From contig JAGNEX010000008.1 in NCBI GenBank assembly GCA_018003035.1, positions 10,167 to 74,166 on the forward strand: DNA of 64,000 nt. The letters are read 5' to 3'. Every line of letters begins with the position of its first letter. The stretch's first letter is position 1. Of this stretch, positions 26,636 through 34,682 are shown piece by piece. Both the position numbers and the translations under genes were made by a program. This DNA comes from Acidimicrobiia bacterium (GTDB taxonomy: Bacteria; Actinomycetota; Acidimicrobiia; IMCC26256; JAGNEX01). Below the pieces are notes generated by a model that saw only the letters and a program-made list of their open reading frames with translations, had not been told where the DNA came from and made no database searches.

Positions 26636-27786
26636 GGACCGGTCCCGTGGCGGCTGCGGTGGGTGTACCTAGGGTGTTCCGTCGGACCAGCTGGCTGCTG
26701 CCTCTGGTTGCGCTCGCGGGAATCTTGCCTATGTCGGCCTCCGCGCAATCCGAAGATCCCCGCCTTGAAGAAGCGCGAACCAAGATGGCCGACGCCGAAC
26801 GGCGAGCGGACGAAGCGGGTGCTCGCTACGACATCGCCTGGGCCCGGAGCGAAGAGTTGGCCGCCGATCTCACCACGCTTGAGGCCGAGCTTAAGGACAA
26901 CACACAAGTTGTTGGCGAACTCCAGAGGCAAGTTTCGGCCGTGGCCGTCAACGCATACGTCACGGGCGGAACCTCGTTCCTCTCGGTTCTTGACGGGGCT
27001 CAAGACGTCATGGAGTCGTCTCGCCGGGCGACCTATTTGACCCGTGTGGCGCAGGCCGACGATCAAATGGTGAATCGGCTCGAAGTCGCGAACACCGATA
27101 TCGCCGATCGCCGCACAGCGCTGGAAGCTGCTCAGGAAGAGCAAACTGCGCTGCTCGTGACACTGAACGACGAGCGCGACCAGGTCAACGCGGCGCTCGC
27201 GGACGCACAGGACGCGTACGTCGTACTGAAGGACGAGATCGAAGCCGAACGCAAGGCTGCGATCGAAGCGGCCGAACGTGCTGCTGCGCAGGCGGAAGCG
27301 GCTCGTGTCGCCGCGCAGCGAACAGCTCAACAGCAAGCTGCTGCCCGCAACCAGCCGGCACCCGCGCCGGCCCCGATTGCACGCGCTCCGGTCGGTGGGT
27401 TCATCTGTCCCGTGGCTGGTGCCACCAACTTCCGCGATACGTGGGGAGCTCCCCGTTCGGGTGGTCGACGTCACCAGGGAACCGACATGTACGCCGCCAA
27501 GGGAACGCCACTCGTCGCCGTTGCCTCGGGAACGATCCGAACCCGCAACGGGGGAGGGCTGGGTGGTATCTCCATCTGGCTCACCGCCGAGAACGGCGAC
27601 ACCTACTACTACGCGCACCTCAACTCGCTGAGCGGTGGTGATCGCAGCGTTTCCCAAGGTGAGACGATCGGAACCGTTGGCAACACGGGGAACGCCCGCG
27701 GGGGTCCCGATCATCTCCATTTTGAATGGCATCCCGGTGGCGGAGGCGCATCCAATCCCTTCCCCCGTCTCGACGCTGCCTGCTGA
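26632..27786 (+). CDS. M23 family metallopeptidase with N-terminal coiled coil
   Basis: Signal peptide (the start may be GTG at 26647), a long coiled coil, then M23 motifs HQGTDMYA and GNTGNARGGPDHLHFEWH. Confidence 0.88.
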   Translation: MRTGPVAAAVGVPRVFRRTSWLLPLVALAGILPMSASAQSEDPRLEEARTKMADAERRADEAGARYDIAWARSEELAADLTTLEAELKDNTQVVGELQRQVSAVAVNAYVTGGTSFLSVLDGAQDVMESSRRATYLTRVAQADDQMVNRLEVANTDIADRRTALEAAQEEQTALLVTLNDERDQVNAALADAQDAYVVLKDEIEAERKAAIEAAERAAAQAEAARVAAQRTAQQQAAARNQPAPAPAPIARAPVGGFICPVAGATNFRDTWGAPRSGGRRHQGTDMYAAKGTPLVAVASGTIRTRNGGGLGGISIWLTAENGDTYYYAHLNSLSGGDRSVSQGETIGTVGNTGNARGGPDHLHFEWHPGGGGASNPFPRLDAAC

Positions 27787-27840
27787 GCTCGCAGAGAGCG
27801 GAGCCGCGTAAGTGCCGCTAAACATCCTGGCTGCCGTACG

Positions 27841-27860
27841 CTTTTTGGGCTTCCAAAAAG
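27841..27860. promoter_or_regulatory. AT-rich perfect inverted repeat CTTTTTGG-GCTT-CCAAAAAG
   Basis: 8-bp arms with a 4-nt spacer. It lies 55 nt downstream of the M23 stop and about 100 nt upstream of the RsiG-like start. Its orientation is wrong for a classical terminator. Confidence 0.3.
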
Positions 27861-27956
27861 TCTGCGACACGGTTTGGCTGCGGGCTGCGTAACATTGAGG
27901 AGCCACGTCGCCCGCGCCTGTGCTTGGGTGCGCCTTCTAGCTCGGGAAGTTTTTCG

Positions 27957-28469
27957 ATGACAGCAACTCGCCGGATCGACCTCGTCACTGCCGACGACTA
28001 CTTGGCCGATGTCGAGGTTCTGGACGAACTTGAGCTGCGAGCAAAGCGTGCAGAGGCCGTCGAGCTCGAGACCGAGTATTCCTACGTGCGGCGGCTCGCT
28101 CAAGGCCGCATCGAGATCATGAAAGCCGAACAGGACCGCCGTGCTCGCGGCGGGTCCCTCCAAGAGCTCATCGACCGGCTGCCAGAAATCCTTGCCGACT
28201 CCACAACGTCGCGTCCTGCGCCGGCGCAGGCCCGCGTCGTCGAGTTGTTCGCACCCGAAAAGCTCAGCGGGTACCAGCGCGGGTTGGAAGTGCTCGTTGA
28301 AGACGACGCGCTCATGCGGCTGCCCGATTTGAGCGACGTCGAACTCGATGAGCGCGTTGAACTTTTGAGGGCGCTCGAAGTCGAAGTGAGTGAGATCCGG
28401 GGCCGCCTGCACACCGTGATCGATGTGCTCACCGGCGCCATCGCCAGCCGGTTCGGTGACATCGCCTGA
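27957..28469 (+). CDS. RsiG-like protein (candidate c-di-GMP-dependent anti-sigma factor family)
   Basis: Two helices carry E-x3-S-x2-R-x3-(Q/H)-x3-(D/E): ETEYSYVRRLAQGRIE and EVEVSEIRGRLHTVID. Overall the protein is helical and 170 aa long. Confidence 0.5.
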   Translation: MTATRRIDLVTADDYLADVEVLDELELRAKRAEAVELETEYSYVRRLAQGRIEIMKAEQDRRARGGSLQELIDRLPEILADSTTSRPAPAQARVVELFAPEKLSGYQRGLEVLVEDDALMRLPDLSDVELDERVELLRALEVEVSEIRGRLHTVIDVLTGAIASRFGDIA

Positions 28470-28605
28470 CGCAGATCGCACCGGTGTTGGGACGTTGGGT
28501 CGTTCGTTGAGGGCCGTTGACCGCAGCGTTAACGGACGTTCTTTGGCGACGGCTGTCCGGTGCAGGTTTCTTAGACGTTGCGGTCTGCTGGGTTACCCTT
28601 CGTAA

Positions 28606-29088
28606 ATGAGTGAGGATGGCATAGAAGCGCGGATGCGAGATCTCGGGTCGTTCATTCGCGACCAGAGACGTGCCGCCCGCCTGTCTCTCCGCAAGCTGAG
28701 CGATCAGGCCGGTATCTCAAACCCGTATCTCAGCCAGATCGAACGAGGCCTCCGGAAACCTTCGGCAGAGATCCTTCAGTCGATCGCGCGCGCTCTACGT
28801 ATCAGTGCGGAAACGCTGTACGTCCGGGCAGGCATCCTTGAAGAGCGCGACGGTTCCGACGACCTCATCGTCGACGTTATGCGCAGTTCGCAGCTGACCG
28901 AGCGCCAAAAGCAGGTCATCGTCGATATCTACCGGTCGTTCGTCGCCGAGAATCAGATCGCTGCCCAAGAGCTGGCAAAGGCTCTGTCCGCCACCCAGGC
29001 GGACGACGCTGTCGTGCCGACGTCAACTGACGATGAGGTTCCTGACGACATCGTTGAACAACCCAGCAGCGCAGACGCGGACGCCTAA
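28606..29088 (+). CDS. XRE family helix-turn-helix transcriptional regulator
   Basis: HTH segment LRKLSDQAGISNPYLSQIERGLRKPSAEILQSIARALRISAETLY. The C-terminal tail is acidic. Confidence 0.88.
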   Translation: MSEDGIEARMRDLGSFIRDQRRAARLSLRKLSDQAGISNPYLSQIERGLRKPSAEILQSIARALRISAETLYVRAGILEERDGSDDLIVDVMRSSQLTERQKQVIVDIYRSFVAENQIAAQELAKALSATQADDAVVPTSTDDEVPDDIVEQPSSADADA

Positions 29089-29213
29089 ACTCGCGGTTCC
29101 AACGTTTGCTGGCCGGGTCTTTTCGTTCTGAGGCCCGCCGCTACATGCTCGATCGGCCGTGGTGCGATTGCCGGCCGGAATTTCCTCGCAGGATGCCGGG
29201 TTAAGGACGGCCG

Positions 29214-30479
29214 ATGAGCCAGACCAAGCGCGTTGCGATGCTCAGCTATCACACGTCTCCGCTCGCCACCCCCGGGTCAAGCGACGCAGGCGGGATGAAC
29301 GTTTATGTCAGCTCGCTGGCAAGGGCGCTCGGTCAGTGCGGATTTTCGGTCGACATCTTCACGCGCCGAACCGCCCCGTGGGATCGAGTCACCGAGCTGT
29401 CTGATGGGGTTCGAGTCGTACCCATCACCGCCGGACCGCTCCGGGCGATCGACAAGTCCGTCCTGCCAGATCACATTGGCGAGTTCGTCGAAGCGGTCGC
29501 GCGACACTTCGACCGGGAAGGGCTTCCCGACATCATCCATGCGAATTACTGGATGTCGGCGGTCGCCGGTCAGAACCTGAAGTGGCGCACCGGGCGTCCC
29601 CTGGCCGTCACATTCCACACGCTGGGGCTGGTCAAAGAGCGCGACACCGCGGCCGCTGAATCGGCGCAGCGGATCCTCGCGGAAGGCGACATCGTTGGCT
29701 GCGCCGACCTGCTACTGGCATCGACCCAGCAAGAGGCCGACGACCTGGCCGGGTTCTACGGTGCCGATCCGGGACGAGTGCGAGTGATGCCGCCTGGGGT
29801 GGATGCCCAGCTTTTCCACCCCGGAAGTCGACAAGAGGCGCGTCGCCTACTCGGTCTGGGTGATGGACCTGTGGCCCTGTTTGTCGGCCGGATCCAACCG
29901 CTCAAAGGTCTGCAGCTCGCGGTGCAAGGCTTTGCGTCTGCTGGCGTTGAGGGTTCGACGCTTGTCGTCGTCGGAGGGCCCAGTGGACCTGATGGGCAAC
30001 GCGAGCTCGAGACCAGTATCGACTTGGCGCGCCAGCTCGGTGTCCTCGATCAGATCGATTGGCGCCCGCCGCAAGCGCACGAAGATCTTGGAGTGTTCTA
30101 TCGAGCGGCGGACCTTTGTCTAGTTCCGTCCTACTCCGAGTCGTTCGGGCTCGTCGCTTTAGAGGCCGGTGCGTCGGGAATTCCCGTCGTGGCCAGCGCT
30201 GTCGGCGGCCTGAAGCGCATCATCGTTGATCGAATTTCGGGAAGGCTTCTGCCGACCCGTGATCCAAGGGAGTGGGGCAGGGTCATTCGCTCGCTCTTCG
30301 AAGATCCTGCAGCTCGGACGACGCTGGCCGATGCAGCGTGGCTCATGTCGTCGCACCTCACCTGGGATGCCACCGCCCGACGCCTCGCGGGTTCGTACGG
30401 CACCGTCATCGCCAGCGACCCCGTGGATTGCCGAGAACCTCAGCGCGTGTCGGCCGGAGTCAAAGAAGATCGGATCTAG
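29214..30479 (+). CDS. mshA: D-inositol-3-phosphate glycosyltransferase (mycothiol biosynthesis)
   Basis: The N-terminal VAMLSYHTSPLATPGSSDAGGMNVYV matches the MshA signature. It has a GT4 fold with a C-terminal E-x7-E region (PSYSESFGLVALEAGASGIPVVA). Confidence 0.88.
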   Translation: MSQTKRVAMLSYHTSPLATPGSSDAGGMNVYVSSLARALGQCGFSVDIFTRRTAPWDRVTELSDGVRVVPITAGPLRAIDKSVLPDHIGEFVEAVARHFDREGLPDIIHANYWMSAVAGQNLKWRTGRPLAVTFHTLGLVKERDTAAAESAQRILAEGDIVGCADLLLASTQQEADDLAGFYGADPGRVRVMPPGVDAQLFHPGSRQEARRLLGLGDGPVALFVGRIQPLKGLQLAVQGFASAGVEGSTLVVVGGPSGPDGQRELETSIDLARQLGVLDQIDWRPPQAHEDLGVFYRAADLCLVPSYSESFGLVALEAGASGIPVVASAVGGLKRIIVDRISGRLLPTRDPREWGRVIRSLFEDPAARTTLADAAWLMSSHLTWDATARRLAGSYGTVIASDPVDCREPQRVSAGVKEDRI

Positions 30480-30484
30480 CCAGC

Positions 30485-30952
30485 GTGGACAATGAACGCT
30501 CAGAGGCATCGTGGGGTCTGGTCGCTGGCGACCTTGACCGTGCGAGGGTGCTGATCGACGAACACCTCCGAAACGAAGTTCTGCCCCAAGACTGGGTGCA
30601 GGCGCTCGAATACGAGCCGTCGATGGAGCGGTGGTACCTCCGTTTTACCTGCGACGATCGCGACGCCGCCACGATCTACTTTGATTTGCGGCAGCGCTCA
30701 TTGCGCCACGAGCTTTATTTCTTGCCAATGCCCCCAGGCGGATCGCCTCGTCTGGTCGATGCTGCAATGCGCTGGAACTTCGACCTTTCTGCAACCCATT
30801 TCGCGCTGGCCCGCGACGGGGACCTGTATCTGCGTGGGCGCATCAGGCTGGAGCACCTCTCTAGCGCCGAATTGGACCGCGTGATCGGGACGATCTACAT
30901 GGCCAATGAGCGCTGGTTCAAAGCGGCGATCAACCTGGGCTACGGGAACTGA
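30485..30952 (+). CDS. YbjN-like domain protein (conserved mshA-downstream gene)
   Basis: GTG start 6 nt after the mshA stop. About 155 aa (WYLRFTCDDRDAATIYFDLRQRSL..GDLYLRGRI). Its 3' end overlaps the convergent corA 3' end by 23 nt. Confidence 0.6.
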   Translation: MDNERSEASWGLVAGDLDRARVLIDEHLRNEVLPQDWVQALEYEPSMERWYLRFTCDDRDAATIYFDLRQRSLRHELYFLPMPPGGSPRLVDAAMRWNFDLSATHFALARDGDLYLRGRIRLEHLSSAELDRVIGTIYMANERWFKAAINLGYGN

Positions 30953-32009
30953 TCGTCTTCTGACCTGGGGTGTGATCTACAGGGATCGCATCCAATACCG
31001 ATCTGACAAAGTCGCTTGGCGGCTGCGGACGGACCTTGTGCGTTGCGACTCTGATGAAGCCCGCACGCCAGAAGATGGCCATCGAGATCAAGGCAATAAT
31101 CGCCATGACCACCATGATGACCACCCAACTGCTTCCGAAGTCCTGCCCGGGAAGTTTGACGTTCATCCCGTACCAGCTGGCGATAAGGGTCAAAGGCAAC
31201 AGGACCGCTGAGTAGACCGCCAAAATGGTGGTCGCGGTCGATTGTCGGTCTGCAGATGCCCCGCGGTACGCATCCAGGGCGTCGGCCAACACGTTGTGGA
31301 CTGCCGAAAGCGAGTCGATCGCCTCGGAATGGGCGTCGCGCCCGCGCAGCAGCAATCGAAGGCCGGCTTCAGAGCAGACGGGCGGATCTTCGTCGACGAT
31401 GTTGTCGATAACGGTCCGTTGTCGTCGCACCTTTGTGTGGACGATTCCCGCCACTCGCCGCTGCACTTGGATGTCGCTGAGAACGCCTCGGCGCGTGATG
31501 AGGGCCCGTTCGTAGAGGTCGTCTGACCGCCTATTCAGTTCGTCGGCGATCGCCAAGTAGCGCCGTCCGACGATAATGCTGAGGCGACCGGGAAGTTCGT
31601 CGACGTCATCGATCTCTTGGGTATCGGTTCGCTCGGCCCATTCGACCAGCTGCGGAACCAGCCCGTTGGGCGCGGTCTCGACACTGATGAGCACGTCGTC
31701 GAGGATCAGCATCCCGATGTCGAGCTTGTCGTGGGATGCGGTGGAGAGCGCAAGCACCTGGAGTGCGACGAAGAGCCACCCTTCGCCCACGACATAGTCC
31801 GGCAGGTTTCGCGTCTGTGTCAGTAACTCGACTCCAGCACCGGGGGCGTTCGCGAGTTCGGCGAATTGTTTCAGCTCGGCCGGCGACGGGGACGTCATCC
31901 GAATCCACGCTTGTTGGTGCGGACTCGGGCCTTCCCATTCGCTGGGCCCGACCTGAGTCATTGCTCGTTGACCGTCCCTCTGGATCAGCAATTGGATAGA
32001 CACGGCCAT
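30930..32009 (-). CDS. corA: CorA family magnesium/cobalt transporter
   Basis: C-terminal two TM helices with the YGMNV signature (IASWYGMNVKLPG). The start is uncertain, with alternative Met codons downstream. Confidence 0.8.
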   Translation of the reverse strand: MAVSIQLLIQRDGQRAMTQVGPSEWEGPSPHQQAWIRMTSPSPAELKQFAELANAPGAGVELLTQTRNLPDYVVGEGWLFVALQVLALSTASHDKLDIGMLILDDVLISVETAPNGLVPQLVEWAERTDTQEIDDVDELPGRLSIIVGRRYLAIADELNRRSDDLYERALITRRGVLSDIQVQRRVAGIVHTKVRRQRTVIDNIVDEDPPVCSEAGLRLLLRGRDAHSEAIDSLSAVHNVLADALDAYRGASADRQSTATTILAVYSAVLLPLTLIASWYGMNVKLPGQDFGSSWVVIMVVMAIIALISMAIFWRAGFIRVATHKVRPQPPSDFVRSVLDAIPVDHTPGQKTISSRSPG

Positions 32010-32206
32010 ACCTCATGCAACATTCGGTCAGTGTAGGACTGGGCGCGAATTTGCGCGGAGGAAACCTCTTCAACATGCCCTATACGTCGCTTTGTCGGCA
32101 TTCGGCGCCATGTCACGAGGCTCGTCGTGGCCGGCTTTTTCCTTGAGGTGGTCACCCTTTCGCTTCGCTCACACGCCGATCCACACGGGTTGTTACGATC
32201 GGGGAC

Positions 32207-33004
32207 GTGAACCACATTGCGATCGTTGGCGGCGGACAGATGGGCGAGGCTCTATTGGTAGGCCTTGCAAAAAAGGACGACAACTCCCTTTCAGTTGTTG
32301 AAACTTCGGATGGGCGACGGCGCTATTTGACTGAGAGGTTCGACGGGATTTCGGTCTATGGCCGGTTGTCTGAGCTTCCCGAATTAGACAACAACTCCTA
32401 CGTTTACTTGTTAGCGGTGAAGCCCCATCTCCTTCTGACCGCAATCGAGGCTCTTCCCGAACGGGGACGTGGATGTCTGGTGATCTCGGTCGCAGCGGGG
32501 GTTCGGACCGAAGCGATCGAGTCGATGCTGCCCGACGCGCGGGTCGTCAGGGTGATGCCTAATACGCCGGCGTTGGTCGGAGCGGGGGCCTCGGCGATTT
32601 CGGGGGGAGCGAGCGCTACTCAGGATGATGTCGACCTCACCGAACGGTTGATGCGGGTCGTCGGTAGCGCCCATGTTGTGCCTGAGAACCAGTTGGATGC
32701 TGTGACGGGGCTGTCTGGATCTGGGCCCGCGTACGTGTTTCTCTTCGCGGAGGCATTGATCGAAGGCGCCGTGTTCGAGGGATTGCCCCGGGACGTCGCG
32801 ACGCAACTCGCTGCACAAACGCTTTTGGGGGCGGCGCGCATGCTGGCCGAATCGGGTTCGAGCCCGGCGGATCTCCGTGCTGCTGTCACCTCGCCGGGTG
32901 GTACGACCGCACGGGGTCTCGCAGAACTCGAAAAAGGGGCGGTACGCGCAAGCGTCGCCGGCGCGGTGAGTGCCGCGGCCGAGCGTTCCCGCCAACTCGG
33001 ATGA
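32207..33004 (+). CDS. proC: Pyrroline-5-carboxylate reductase
   Basis: NAD(P)-binding IAIVGGGQMGEAL and the ProC C-terminal motif SPGGTTARGL. Confidence 0.92.
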   Translation: MNHIAIVGGGQMGEALLVGLAKKDDNSLSVVETSDGRRRYLTERFDGISVYGRLSELPELDNNSYVYLLAVKPHLLLTAIEALPERGRGCLVISVAAGVRTEAIESMLPDARVVRVMPNTPALVGAGASAISGGASATQDDVDLTERLMRVVGSAHVVPENQLDAVTGLSGSGPAYVFLFAEALIEGAVFEGLPRDVATQLAAQTLLGAARMLAESGSSPADLRAAVTSPGGTTARGLAELEKGAVRASVAGAVSAAAERSRQLG

Positions 33005-33356
33005 CCCGTGTCGGGTATCTCTCGCCTGGCGCTCCTGGCCTGTCGGCGCCGCGGTGAGCGCTACCGACCGGATGTCACCCTAAAGAATCCGGTATTTGTT
33101 TAAATTCGCGCGCTGAGTGAGCACTCACAGTGGTCGGTGCATCACGGCATTCCGGTCACGTCTCTCTGGCGGGTTGTCCGGTAATCTCGTCCTCCCCCTT
33201 AACAGCCGCAACACCGCTATCTCGCGCAACATCTATTTCTGTAATAGCAGTCAATTCATTGAACGGCTCTTAGCTCTGTTCACTCCCTTCTCACTCGACA
33301 ACTCATGTCAACGTGGCGTAGTCTTGACCTGGGCGACAACCGAGTAGGGGATTCCA

Positions 33357-33551
33357 ATGGAGCAATCACTTTCGTCATCACGCTTCCTCACCGTAAGTGA
33401 GGTAGCCGACTTGATGCGCGTGTCCTCGATGACCGTTTACAGGCTCATCAAGTCCAACGAACTGGCCGCTGTTCGCGTAGGTCGTTCGTTTCGTGTTCGC
33501 GAGGCTGACGTGAACGCGTATCTAGAGAGCCAGTACATCAAGGTGAGCTAG
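33357..33551 (+). CDS. Excisionase-family helix-turn-helix DNA-binding protein
   Basis: 64 aa. Has LTVSEVADLMRVSSMTVYRLIKSNELAAVRVGRSFRV. The position directly after proC is conserved in actinobacteria (Rv0500A-like). Confidence 0.85.
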   Translation: MEQSLSSSRFLTVSEVADLMRVSSMTVYRLIKSNELAAVRVGRSFRVREADVNAYLESQYIKVS

Positions 33552-33575
33552 ATCCGCGAGCAAGCGGTTCTGTAG

Positions 33576-33601
33576 TCCCACGCACCTTTCAGGGCGTGGG
33601 A
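33576..33601 (+). terminator. Hairpin after the HTH gene (TCCCACGC..GCGTGGGA)
   Basis: 8-bp outer stem plus an inner CCT/AGG pairing, 25 nt after the stop codon. It is followed by ATTCG rather than a U-tract. Confidence 0.35.
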
Positions 33602-33611
33602 TTCGCCGCGT

Positions 33612-34526
33612 TTGGGGCCGAACAAGCACACTGGCACGGTGATCCAACAACCGGTGCCAACCGTCAGCCTCTTGACCGACTACGGCCTCGTCGACGAGTT
33701 CGCGGGCGTGTGCCGTGGGGTAATCCTGCGAGCCTGTCCCGGCGCACAGCTTGTGGACATCACCCACAACATTCCTCGTCACGATGTGCGGGCCGGCGCT
33801 TTCGCCCTCGCTCGAGCGGTTCAGTATCTGCCTGCGGGTGTGGTGATGGTCGATATTTCGCGACCCGATTCGGTCCGCCGGTTGATCGCGGTCCAGACCG
33901 AGAGCTTTACCTTGCTCGGCCCCGACAACGGCGTTCTGTCGCCCGCGGTGGCGATGCTTGGCGGTGCACGTGCTGCCGTTGAGCTGACCGCCGAGCAGTT
34001 TCATCTGCCCAAGATGGGCGGCACCTTCCTTGGTCGGGACGTGCTCGCGCCCTGCGCCGGAGCCGTCGCCAGTGGTACGCCCATCGACGAACTCGGCGAT
34101 TCGGTTTCTCCTGGCGGCCTCATGCCGTCGACGATGCCGCTCCCCGACGTCGGCCCGGCCCGTATCCAGGCCGAGGTTCTGTGGGTGGACAGTTTCGGCA
34201 ATGCTCAGTTGAACATCTCAACTGAAGAGCTGCAGCTTGCCGGGTTCTCCCTCGACGAACTGATGCTGCTCTCCACGGGCCAGCTTCAGCGGATCGCCAA
34301 ACCCTCGGCCGGCTACCACGATGGAACCTTCGACGAACTGATCCTGGTGACAGACGCTCATGGGCTGATCTCTATCGCCGTAAAAGGTGGCTCAGCATCT
34401 GGGGAACTTGGGCTTTCGTCCGGTTCAGTCGTGGTCATCACCGAGGTGGACGACGGCCCCGGAGGTCAGTCACCGACGCCGCTCGATGTGCCAATCACCA
34501 TCACTCCAAAGGGGAAGACCCAATGA
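33612..34526 (+). CDS. SAM hydrolase / SAM-dependent halogenase family protein (DUF62)
   Basis: The N-terminal VSLLTDYGLVDEFAGVCRGVI and ITHNIPRHDVRAGAF match DUF62. The exact start is uncertain (TTG at 33612 or a downstream GTG). Confidence 0.8.
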   Translation: MGPNKHTGTVIQQPVPTVSLLTDYGLVDEFAGVCRGVILRACPGAQLVDITHNIPRHDVRAGAFALARAVQYLPAGVVMVDISRPDSVRRLIAVQTESFTLLGPDNGVLSPAVAMLGGARAAVELTAEQFHLPKMGGTFLGRDVLAPCAGAVASGTPIDELGDSVSPGGLMPSTMPLPDVGPARIQAEVLWVDSFGNAQLNISTEELQLAGFSLDELMLLSTGQLQRIAKPSAGYHDGTFDELILVTDAHGLISIAVKGGSASGELGLSSGSVVVITEVDDGPGGQSPTPLDVPITITPKGKTQ

Positions 34527-34612
34527 GGCAAGGAACCACCATCATGATCATCCTCTTGTTGGTGATGATCCTTCTGGCCTCGGTCGTGCAGTTCGTGTTC
34601 ATCGCTCGATAG
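34523..34612 (+). CDS. 29-codon hydrophobic small ORF, translationally coupled (not in ORF track)
   Basis: The ATG overlaps the DUF62 stop (ATGA), with AAGGGGAAG upstream. It encodes MRQGTTIMIILLLVMILLASVVQFVFIAR, a single TM helix. A hairpin follows immediately. Confidence 0.4.
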   Translation: MRQGTTIMIILLLVMILLASVVQFVFIAR

Positions 34613-34613
34613 C

Positions 34614-34643
34614 ACGACAGACCGGAGCATTCCGGTCTGTCGT
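34614..34643. terminator. 13-bp perfect hairpin between convergent genes
   Basis: ACGACAGACCGGA-GCAT-TCCGGTCTGTCGT. It starts 2 nt after the small-ORF stop and ends 40 nt from the 3' end of the convergent CAP gene. Confidence 0.55.
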
Positions 34644-34682
34644 CGTCGAGTTCGGATCCAGGTGGGCCGGGTGTCCGCAGAA

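Noticed and set aside
26277-26640. Possible c-di-AMP (ydaO-type) riboswitch upstream of the M23 cell-wall hydrolase, as is common in actinobacteria
   Set aside because: The region has stems, but it lacks the highly conserved ydaO core strings that I remember (for example ..CAGCUAACCUCG.. and the paired GGGGA/ACCC elements). It is not supported without a covariance-model hit (Rfam RF00379).
32106-32139. Terminator-like element on the plus strand (imperfect hairpin GCCATGTCACGA..TCGTCGTGGC followed by CGGCTTTTT) about 65 nt upstream of proC, in a divergent intergenic region
   Set aside because: The stem needs several wobble pairs, mismatches or bulges, and there is a spacer before the T5 run. 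No plus-strand gene ends upstream of it. It could be an attenuator, but the evidence is too weak to call.
33117-33347. 76-aa ORF in the proC/HTH intergenic region
   Set aside because: Its composition and codon usage are unlike the rest of the window (AT-rich, Ser/Leu/Asn/Phe-rich). It has no ribosome-binding site and no recognisable motif, so I treated the region as non-coding (see the finding at 33005-33356).
33552-33611. Looked for an additional tiny Lys/Arg-rich ORF after the excisionase-like HTH gene, as some actinobacteria encode a very small basic protein at this position
   Set aside because: The 60-nt gap contains only a hairpin, and no such ORF is present in this window.
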